A DNA stretch of 32,000 bases from Propionibacteriaceae bacterium (GTDB lineage: Bacteria > Actinomycetota > Actinomycetes > Propionibacteriales > Propionibacteriaceae): positions 60,001 to 92,000 of the forward strand of contig JAIRQE010000015.1 of assembly GCA_031256725.1 (NCBI GenBank), in the 5' to 3' direction. The notes beneath the pieces are model-generated. The model was not told where the DNA came from, made no database searches, and was given only the letters and a program-made list of their open reading frames with translations. The first letter of the stretch is position 1, and each line of letters begins with the position of its first letter. Shown here piece after piece: positions 24,945 through 32,000 of the stretch. Position numbers and translations under genes: made by a program.

Positions 24945-25745
24945 ATGGATCCACGGCTTGTACGCGACTCTTCACGACCAGACACATGGATTGTTCACGT
25001 TGACGGTACTGATCAGTCGTTGGTGGACCTCAATGATCCGACTTATGTGGCCTTCGACTATGTGGAACGAATCATTGACGTTGTGGATACTGCCTTTGAT
25101 GAGGGGGTACGAATCACCGCGATTCACGTCGGTGGGGCCGGGATGACGATTCCGAGGTATATTGCACACGTACGCCCCACCTCGGCCCAGATTGTCTTAG
25201 AGCCTGATGCCACCTTGACCGAGGCAGTACGAGAGGTAGCCCCCTTGCAACGCAATTCTGGGATCAAGGTACGCCCCCAGGATGGTGTCACGGGCCTAGC
25301 CGCGTTCAGGGATGATCATGCAGACCTGATCGTCATTGATGCCTTCGCCGGTTCCGGGGTACCACCAGACTTGGCAACCGAGGAATGGTTCAAAGAGGTA
25401 CGCCGTGTGCTCAAACCTGATGGAACAATGTCAATGAATCTCACAGACCTGGCCCCCTTCAGATACTCCCGTCGAGTGGTCGCCGGAATCGCCACACATT
25501 TCTCCAATGTGATCGTGGGAGCCGAACCAGCCACCTGGAAGGGCCGACGATTCGGCAACGTCGTAGTCTCAGCTGGAGCCGGAGTAGACCCCTATGTCCT
25601 CACCAGACGCGCCGCAGGAGGAGTCTTCCCCTACCGCCTAATCTACGAATTGGAACTCTCAAGATGGCTAGGCAAAGCCCAACCCTTCACAACCCAGGAT
25701 TCCCAAGTATCCCCAGCCCCAAGTACCCCACCAATGTTCGCGTAG
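24945..25745 (+). CDS. Spermidine-synthase-like (SAM-MTase fold) protein
   Basis: 266-aa ORF. 'ITAIHVGGAGMTIPRY', 'LIVIDAFAGSGVPPDLATEEWFKEVRRVLKPDGTMSMN' resemble the spermine/spermidine synthase domain. Confidence 0.7.
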   Translation: MDPRLVRDSSRPDTWIVHVDGTDQSLVDLNDPTYVAFDYVERIIDVVDTAFDEGVRITAIHVGGAGMTIPRYIAHVRPTSAQIVLEPDATLTEAVREVAPLQRNSGIKVRPQDGVTGLAAFRDDHADLIVIDAFAGSGVPPDLATEEWFKEVRRVLKPDGTMSMNLTDLAPFRYSRRVVAGIATHFSNVIVGAEPATWKGRRFGNVVVSAGAGVDPYVLTRRAAGGVFPYRLIYELELSRWLGKAQPFTTQDSQVSPAPSTPPMFA

Positions 25746-25752
25746 CTAATGC

Positions 25753-25839
25753 AGTCTGGATCCTGCGACTGCGCAATCGCCTGTACCCCGCTCTCCGCAT
25801 ACATCAGCCACAAAGTAGCCAATCCAGTGCGCAGGATGA
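25753..25839. repeat. REP-like palindromic intergenic repeat, copy C (split form)
   Basis: GTCTGGATCCTGCGACTGCGCA (25753-25774) and GTGCGCAGGATGAC (25826-25839) are the two halves of the unit seen at 7328-7422 and 14313-14343. They are separated by about 50 nt of unrelated sequence. Confidence 0.6.
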
Positions 25840-25930
25840 CGGGCAAACCCACCACGAAGTCCTCCGCAATAGGATGTACCCTCCGCGTACGCCCATTAAT
25901 TCAAATTATTCACAAAGGTAGTGCAAAATT

Positions 25931-25950
25931 ACGCAAGTTTTGCGTATACT
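25931..25950 (+). promoter_or_regulatory. Candidate operator palindrome overlapping the -10 box of the LacI-family gene
   Basis: ACGCAA-gtt-TTGCGT (25931-25945) abuts and overlaps TATACT (25945-25950), which ends 7 nt before the ATG at 25958. This spacing is consistent with a leaderless transcript. Confidence 0.35.
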
Positions 25951-25957
25951 TTCATTC

Positions 25958-26980
25958 ATGTCTGCAAGATTATCTGATGTAGCTCAGAAGGTTGGTGTCA
26001 GTGAAGCCACGGTGTCACGGGTACTCAATGATAAACCGGGAGTATCCCAAGCCACACGTGATGCCGTCCTCACGGCTCTAGATATTTTGGGGTACGAACG
26101 CCCAACGAAACTGAGGGGGGATCGTTCTAAGTTGGTGGGGCTCGTACTCCCAGAACTGGTGAACCCCATCTTCCCTGCCTTTGCTGAAGTGGTGGGAGGG
26201 GCCCTAGCTCAACAGAGGTACACCCCAGTGTTGTGTACAAGATCCGCAGGCGGAATCACGGAACAGGAGTACGTGGAACTCCTTCTAGGCCAGCAGGTTT
26301 CGGGGGTGATCTTCATCGGCGGGCTCTTCTCAGAGGCTCAAGCGAATCACGAGCATTATGACCGTTTGGCCAGCGTGGGTCTCCCGGTTGTACTCATTAA
26401 CGCAGCTGTGAAAACCATCGCCTTTCCGAGGGTGTCTTGTGACGACAAAATTGCCTCATCACAAGCGCTTACTCATCTCAAGGAGTTGGGACATGAGCGT
26501 ATCGGAATCCTCTTGGGACCCCAGGATCACATTCCTTCGCAACTCAAACTTGAGGGGGCCATTCAATGGGCTGAACGTAGCAATCATCCTATTGATCTGG
26601 TGGTTCATTCCCAGTACTCGATTGAAGCTGGTCAAGCTTCAACTGCCAAGCTTTTGGCTGATGGCGCCACCGGAATCATGTGTGCCTCGGACATGTTGGC
26701 GTTGGGTGCGATCAGGGCCGTTAAGAAGGCCAACCTCAGGGTACCAAGCGACATCAGTGTTGTGGGGTACGACGATTCTTCGTTGATGAATTCTACTGAG
26801 CCCCCGTTGACTACGGTCCGTCAGCCGATTGAACCGATTGGGCGCGCTGCAGTAGAGATCCTGTCGCGGATGATTGAGGGGCAGACCATCGAAGTTGAGG
26901 AGTTGCTTTTCGAGCCAGAGCTGGTGGTACGTGGGTCTACCGCAGGTGCTTCAATCGACCCGAAGGTCTCGATTCTATAA
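25958..26980 (+). CDS. LacI-family transcriptional regulator
   Basis: The ORF track starts at 25940. The ATG at 25958 gives 'MSARLSDVAQKVGVSEATVSRVLNDKPGVSQATRDAVLTALDILGYERP', the canonical LacI HTH. A periplasmic-binding-protein-like effector domain follows. Confidence 0.88.
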   Translation: MSARLSDVAQKVGVSEATVSRVLNDKPGVSQATRDAVLTALDILGYERPTKLRGDRSKLVGLVLPELVNPIFPAFAEVVGGALAQQRYTPVLCTRSAGGITEQEYVELLLGQQVSGVIFIGGLFSEAQANHEHYDRLASVGLPVVLINAAVKTIAFPRVSCDDKIASSQALTHLKELGHERIGILLGPQDHIPSQLKLEGAIQWAERSNHPIDLVVHSQYSIEAGQASTAKLLADGATGIMCASDMLALGAIRAVKKANLRVPSDISVVGYDDSSLMNSTEPPLTTVRQPIEPIGRAAVEILSRMIEGQTIEVEELLFEPELVVRGSTAGASIDPKVSIL

Positions 26981-27103
26981 CGGTCTTGTCGAGTTCTTGC
27001 GTTATTTCAGTTCGTAACTTACTCTTGTGACAAGAAATCATGCGGAAGCATGAGGTGGAACTAACCAAGTTCCATAAAGACACAGGAGTCTAGGGGCGTA
27101 CCC

Positions 27104-28819
27104 ATGAACGCTGGTACAAGCAGAAATGCGGAGGTGACACCGACTACTCGGTGGGAAGCAGATTGGTGGCGCTCTGGCGTGGTCTACCAGATCTATCCCC
27201 GTAGTTTTGCTGATGGAAACAGTGACGGAGTGGGCGATATTGCCGGGATCACCAGCCGACTCCCGTACCTTCACAAACTTGGTGTCGACGCCGTATGGCT
27301 GAACCCGTGGTACCTCTCCCCCCTGGCTGATGGCGGATATGACGTGGCAGATTATCGCCAGATCGATCCAAGATTCGGGAGTCTTCAGGATGCCGAAGAC
27401 CTCATCAAAAAAGCGGCTGACATGGGGATTCGCGTAATCGTGGATATCGTACCCAACCATGTCTCCGACCAGCATCCCTGGTTTAAAGCCGCGCTGGCCA
27501 GTGAACCAGGATCTGAGGAACGCTCGAGGTTCTGGTTTCATGATGGTCGCGACGGTGACCCCACTCACATGCCCACAAATTGGCTCTCAAGTTTTCGTGG
27601 AAATACCTGGACCCGTACCACCAACGCCGACGGATCACCAGGGCAGTGGTACCTCCACCTGTTTACCCCCGAACAACCGGACCTCAACTGGAACCATCCC
27701 GAGGTACGTACAGAACACGAAGAGATCCTAAAGTTCTGGTTTGACCGTGGAGCAGCAGGAGTACGAGTGGACTCCGCCGTACTCATCATCAAGGATCCAA
27801 GTCTGCCTGATGACCCAACCCTGCTCGATAACCCACCACCTGATGCCTCCCAGCCTTTCGTGGACCTTGATGAAATCCATGAGGTGTACCAATCCTGGCG
27901 TACAATCGCTGACTCCTATGATCCTCCACGGATTATCGTTGGTGAGGTCTGGCTCCCAGATACGAATCGCTTTGCTGCCTATCTGGGCTCCAATGAGATG
28001 CATACTGCATTCAATTTTGACTTTATGACCAGGGCCTGGGACCCGTCCGAGTTGCACTCATCCATTACAGCAACCCTGGCGGCCCATGCTCCGGTCAATG
28101 CCCCTGCTACCTGGGTCTTGTCGAATCATGATGTGACACGTCCGGTCACGCGATATGGCCGGACAGACACCTCCTTTGCATTCGAGAAGAAGCGCTTCGG
28201 TACACCCACAGACCTTGTGCTGGGTACCCGTCGTGCGAGGGCCGCATTCCTGCTATGTGCGGCCCTCCCAGGAAGCTTGTACATCTATCAGGGCGATGAA
28301 CTTGGCCTCCCAGAAAACGAGGAACTACCTCGCGAGGTCATCGAAGATCCCATGTACTTCCGCTCTGAGGGAGTCGATCCTGGACGAGATGGGTGTCGTG
28401 TACCTCTTCCTTGGGAGGATGACCCCAAATCGAACTATGGTTTTTCGAGCGAAGCCAGCTCGGAACAACCGTGGATGCCCCAACCTGCATGGTGGGGGGA
28501 GTACGCGGTCAGCCGCCAAGAAGAAGACCCCCAGTCCATGCTTTGGTTCTATCGTGAAGCCCTAAGGTTGCGCCGAGAGATAGAGGATTTCCATGGAAAC
28601 GATTTCGAATGGTGTGAGGATCTTCCTGAGTCCTGTCTAGGGTTTAGGAGAGGAAAAGTGATGTGCATAGTGAACTTTGGACAGCATGAAGTACCCCTTC
28701 TGGACCTGCCAATACTTTTTTCAAGTGAGCCCGTGGCTGACAGCATTGGGTCCGACATAGCTGTTTGGTTCACTCACAGGTCGACTGGCGAGGCCGGTCC
28801 CAAGAATAAGGGGGTGTGA
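27104..28819 (+). CDS. GH13 alpha-glucosidase / oligo-1,6-glucosidase
   Basis: 571-aa ORF. 'WWRSGVVYQIYPRSFADGNSDGVGD', 'DIVPNHVSDQHPWF', nucleophile region 'GVRVDSAVL', acid/base 'GEVW', 'SNHDVTR'. Confidence 0.88.
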   Translation: MNAGTSRNAEVTPTTRWEADWWRSGVVYQIYPRSFADGNSDGVGDIAGITSRLPYLHKLGVDAVWLNPWYLSPLADGGYDVADYRQIDPRFGSLQDAEDLIKKAADMGIRVIVDIVPNHVSDQHPWFKAALASEPGSEERSRFWFHDGRDGDPTHMPTNWLSSFRGNTWTRTTNADGSPGQWYLHLFTPEQPDLNWNHPEVRTEHEEILKFWFDRGAAGVRVDSAVLIIKDPSLPDDPTLLDNPPPDASQPFVDLDEIHEVYQSWRTIADSYDPPRIIVGEVWLPDTNRFAAYLGSNEMHTAFNFDFMTRAWDPSELHSSITATLAAHAPVNAPATWVLSNHDVTRPVTRYGRTDTSFAFEKKRFGTPTDLVLGTRRARAAFLLCAALPGSLYIYQGDELGLPENEELPREVIEDPMYFRSEGVDPGRDGCRVPLPWEDDPKSNYGFSSEASSEQPWMPQPAWWGEYAVSRQEEDPQSMLWFYREALRLRREIEDFHGNDFEWCEDLPESCLGFRRGKVMCIVNFGQHEVPLLDLPILFSSEPVADSIGSDIAVWFTHRSTGEAGPKNKGV

Positions 28820-28888
28820 CCGTCACCTTGCTCGTCCTGGCTGACAAGCCAATTTATACAACGTTCAGTAATTCATTAAATAGGAGAA

Positions 28889-30274
28889 ATGATGAAAACA
28901 TATATTAAAGGTCTCGCAGTAGTCGGAGCCCTCAGTCTCGCCGTTTCGTTTGCCGCATGTAGCCCTGCTAACAACGACGATCCAGGTGATTCAGGCAAAC
29001 TGAATCTCACAGTAGTCGGGCTTCTCCCCGGCTCCACCGAAGAGGCATATGCCCGCCTTGCTGAGCAGGTTGCCGATTTTGAAAAATCAAACCCTGACAT
29101 CAAAGTCACGACTGTTGACTATGAATGGAAGGCCACAACCTTCGCAGCCGATCTTGCTGGAGGTACCCTGCCGGATGTCTTTGAAATCCCATTCACAGAC
29201 GGCAAGACCCTCATCGCCAACAACCAGATTGCCAATGTCAACGATCTACTCGCAGAGTTCCCTTATAAGGGCGCTTTCAATGAGGGTGTTTTGCAGTACG
29301 GTAAGGGCTCCGATGGACAGGTTTATGCTATTCCTGCAAAGTCCATCTATGGTGTCGGTCTGCACTACAACCGTGATCTATTCACACAAGCTGGCCTAGA
29401 CCCAGATCAGCCACCTGCTACCTGGGATGAAGTACGTACAGCTGCTAAGGCAATCTCAGACGCGACTGGTGTTGCTGGTTTCTGTCAGATGGCTCAGTCC
29501 AATACTGGTGGATGGCAGATCACTGTTGATACCTATGCTCGTGGTGGGCGTATGGAAACCGTGGATGCTGACGGCAAGGCCACAGCTACTCTCGATAATG
29601 ACGCCACCAAGGCCTCCTTGGAGTTCTTGAAGGAACTGCGTTGGACAGACAATTCCATGGGCGCGAACTTCACCTATGACTGGGGTTCCATCAACCAGGC
29701 TTTCGCTGCTGGTCAGTGTGGTATGTACACCTCCGGTCAGGATGTCTATGTCAACTTGGTCGATGCTAACGGTATGAGCCCAGATATCTACGGTCTGGCT
29801 ATGGTACCTCTGGAAGGCGCTGATTCCGGTGTCCTCGGTGGTGGTACTCTCGCAGCCATCTCGGTCAACGCAGATGATGCCACCAAGGCTGCTGCAGTGA
29901 AGTGGATCTCCTACTTCTACCTCGGTCGCTATGTTGATCAAGCTGGTGCTGTTGCCTACACCGAGATCGCTGTTGCTAACGGAACCCCTGTTGGTGTCCC
30001 CGAACTCCCCATCTTCTCTGATGCGGCACTCAAGGATTACCAGACATGGATCGAGCCTTACATCAATGTTCCTGTGGATCAGATGACTCCTTTCACTTCA
30101 CAGATCGGTTCAGCGAAACTCGTCAACGAGCCACCAGTGTCGACACAGGATGTTTATGCTGCACTTGACCCGGTCGTACAGGCAGTACTGACGGATCAGA
30201 ATGCTGATATTGATGCTCTTCTCGCTGAAGCGAACGTTGCTGCCCAGCGTGAGATCGACAGAGCTCAGTCATAA
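28889..30274 (+). CDS. Sugar ABC transporter substrate-binding lipoprotein (CUT1 family)
   Basis: 461-aa ORF with AGGAG SD. Signal peptide with lipobox 'VSFAACS'. Composition is that of an extracellular solute-binding family 1 protein. Two CUT1 permease genes follow. Confidence 0.8.
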   Translation: MMKTYIKGLAVVGALSLAVSFAACSPANNDDPGDSGKLNLTVVGLLPGSTEEAYARLAEQVADFEKSNPDIKVTTVDYEWKATTFAADLAGGTLPDVFEIPFTDGKTLIANNQIANVNDLLAEFPYKGAFNEGVLQYGKGSDGQVYAIPAKSIYGVGLHYNRDLFTQAGLDPDQPPATWDEVRTAAKAISDATGVAGFCQMAQSNTGGWQITVDTYARGGRMETVDADGKATATLDNDATKASLEFLKELRWTDNSMGANFTYDWGSINQAFAAGQCGMYTSGQDVYVNLVDANGMSPDIYGLAMVPLEGADSGVLGGGTLAAISVNADDATKAAAVKWISYFYLGRYVDQAGAVAYTEIAVANGTPVGVPELPIFSDAALKDYQTWIEPYINVPVDQMTPFTSQIGSAKLVNEPPVSTQDVYAALDPVVQAVLTDQNADIDALLAEANVAAQREIDRAQS

Positions 30275-30298
30275 CGGATCTACGGTATAACTAAGGTT

Positions 30299-31249
30299 AT
30301 GAAGCGCTCGGAACAGCCGGTAAGGGATGCAGCCACTGTGTCCCAAACCCGGCTGCCCGAGCGCTTCAAGCTTTGGTTCCGCAAAGGCGGGCTGTCTGCT
30401 CTGCTGTTTGCTCTTCCCATCATTGTGGTCTTTGGGGGATTCTCATGGTGGCCAATTCTTCGTGCCATGGTCATGGCCTTTCAGGATACCAACCTCATTG
30501 GGGATGCCACATGGGTTGGGCTCGACAATTTCCGGTGGGTTCTCACAGATCCTGATTTTCCGAAAGCATTACGCAACACCGGTTACTTTGCCTTGTTGGC
30601 TTTGATTATTGGTTTTCCGATCCCCCTGATTGGTGCAGTTCTGATGAGCGAGGTGAAGAAACTACGGGGTTTGTTCTCTGTTCTTGCTTATCTTCCCGTT
30701 GTGATCCCACCTGTGGTCTCTGTACTACTGTGGAAATTCTTCTACGACGGGGCACGAACTGGGGTTTTCAATACCCTTTTAGGCCATATCGGTCTCGGTC
30801 CCTTCCCCTGGCTCAATGACAAGCATTGGGCTATGCCCTCCCTCGTTCTAGCTGCGACATGGGCAGGTGCAGGGGCCACAGTGATCATCTACCTGGCTGC
30901 GTTGATCTCTGTACCGGCCGAACTTTATGAGGCCGCGGAGCTGGATGGGGCTGGCATCTGGCGTAAAATTTGGCATGTCACCCTACCCAAACTCCGCGGC
31001 GTCCTTTTCATCACCCTAATCCTTCAGATCATCGCTACTGCACAGGTCTTCTTGGAGCCGTACCTTTTCACAGGTGGTGGGCCGAATAAGGCCACACTCA
31101 CCATCCTGCTTATGATCTACAACTATGCCTTCGGAGCATCACTGGGAGCCGATTATGGCCCCGCGACCGCCTTATCGTTGATGCTCGCGGTCTTCCTCGC
31201 AATCTTCTCACTGATCTATTTCCGCTTGACAAGGGGGTGGAGTCAGTGA
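30299..31249 (+). CDS. Sugar ABC transporter permease (MalF/CUT1-type)
   Basis: 316-aa, 6-TM ORF with EAA loop 'YEAAELDGAGIWRKIWHVTLPKLRG'. Confidence 0.85.
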   Translation: MKRSEQPVRDAATVSQTRLPERFKLWFRKGGLSALLFALPIIVVFGGFSWWPILRAMVMAFQDTNLIGDATWVGLDNFRWVLTDPDFPKALRNTGYFALLALIIGFPIPLIGAVLMSEVKKLRGLFSVLAYLPVVIPPVVSVLLWKFFYDGARTGVFNTLLGHIGLGPFPWLNDKHWAMPSLVLAATWAGAGATVIIYLAALISVPAELYEAAELDGAGIWRKIWHVTLPKLRGVLFITLILQIIATAQVFLEPYLFTGGGPNKATLTILLMIYNYAFGASLGADYGPATALSLMLAVFLAIFSLIYFRLTRGWSQ

Positions 31250-32000
31250 TGAAACGAAGTACGAAATCATCCAAGCCCGCCCTTGAACGGGGAATCGTCT
31301 CCGCCTATGAGCGTCGCCAAACAGGGACACGCATCAGTGTAGGCGCGATCAATGTCTTCCTCTTCCTCTTCCTGATGTTGGCATGCTTAGGGCCAATGTA
31401 CCTGCTCATCAAGTTCGCCATTACCCCCACCCAAGACATCATTCGTACCCCGTTGGCCATGTTCCCCAACGGAGTCGAATGGTCAAACCTCTCGCGGGCC
31501 TGGACTGAGGTGCGAGTCTCACGCTACTTCATGAACACGATTCTGATAGCATCCGGTTCTTGGTTCTTCCAATTGCTCGTGGCCACCACTGGAGGGTATG
31601 TACTATCGGTACTCAGACCCAAGTACGCTTCCATCTTGAACGCGCTGGTCATCTGTACCTTGTTCGTTCCAAGCGTGGTATTGCTCGTACCGCTGTATCT
31701 CACCATTCTTAACCCACCAGTCATCAATACTTCGCTGGTCAACACAGTATGGGCAGTATGGCTTCCCGCAGGCGCATCAGCCTTCAACGTGGTCATCGTC
31801 ACCCGCTTCTTCGACTCATTGCCTAGGGAGATCTTCGAGGCTGCTCGGGTTGACGGAGCTGGGCCTTTCACCCTTTTCTGGAGGGTGGTACTTCCAATGT
31901 CCAAGCCCATCCTTGGTGTTGTCTCAGTATTCGCCTTTATCGCCGCATGGAAGGACTTCCTGTGGCCCATGCTGGTCTTGAAGGATCCGATGATCCAACC
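31249..32000 (+). CDS. Sugar ABC transporter permease (MalG/CUT1-type), 3' end beyond the window
   Basis: Absent from the ORF track because no stop codon falls in the window. The ATG at 31249 overlaps the upstream stop (TGATG). My translation reads MKRSTKSSKPALERG...FEAARVDGAGPFTLFWRVVLPMSKPILG..., with the EAA motif, and stays open to position 32000. Confidence 0.8.
   Translation, partial: MKRSTKSSKPALERGIVSAYERRQTGTRISVGAINVFLFLFLMLACLGPMYLLIKFAITPTQDIIRTPLAMFPNGVEWSNLSRAWTEVRVSRYFMNTILIASGSWFFQLLVATTGGYVLSVLRPKYASILNALVICTLFVPSVVLLVPLYLTILNPPVINTSLVNTVWAVWLPAGASAFNVVIVTRFFDSLPREIFEAARVDGAGPFTLFWRVVLPMSKPILGVVSVFAFIAAWKDFLWPMLVLKDPMIQ

Noticed and set aside
27023-28850. Shared heptamer TGACAAG upstream of both the alpha-glucosidase gene (about 27027-27033) and the sugar SBP gene (about 28843-28849) as a LacI operator half-site.
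   Set aside because: A shared 7-mer between two roughly 100-nt regions is close to chance expectation. The flanks do not form matching dyads, and the motif differs from the dyad at the regulator's own promoter.
1-32000. CRISPR arrays, toxin-antitoxin pairs, restriction-modification or other defence islands, IS elements.
   Set aside because: No spacer-repeat periodicity, no nuclease, methylase or transposase motifs, and no small paired ORFs of TA type were seen. Every ORF of 200 aa or more that does not lie antisense to or out of frame within a better-supported gene is assigned either to a housekeeping or transport family or to the single orphan lipoprotein (22444-23382).

Overview
This window looks like a core chromosomal segment of an actinobacterium with moderate GC (judged by eye, not computed). 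The taxonomic call rests on ClpC1, a DUF4190 protein, many apparently leaderless genes and MsiK-style sugar ABC clusters. The gene content is mostly housekeeping and nutrient uptake. In order: a NarL-type two-component pair; an EamA exporter; ybaK; tRNA-Ser(GCU); two small membrane proteins; a TPP-riboswitch-controlled ykoEDC-type ECF transporter; a single-domain receiver-like protein; a tryptophanase/tyrosine-phenol-lyase family enzyme; a complete 2-aminoethylphosphonate (AEP) uptake and catabolism operon (ABC transporter plus phnX and phnW); thpR-clpC; an ACT-less homoserine dehydrogenase divergent from dapA; an acidic lipoprotein coupled to lysS; a spermidine-synthase-like protein; and a LacI / GH13 alpha-glucosidase / CUT1 sugar ABC cluster that is cut off at the window end. 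I found no CRISPR array, integrase, transposase, phage gene or recognisable defence system, and I cannot support a claim of a new multi-gene system. Three things are not explained by standard annotation. (1) A 112-nt rod-like inverted repeat with 30-bp arms sits in the divergent control region of the two small membrane-protein genes. (2) A dispersed REP-like palindromic repeat family (core GTCATCCTGCGCGNAGTCGYAGGATCCAGA) occurs at three intergenic sites, two of them inside operons. (3) An N-terminally extended beta-eliminating lyase is divergently paired with the AEP operon across a shared inverted repeat. All functional calls come from by-eye motif recognition and none from database searches.
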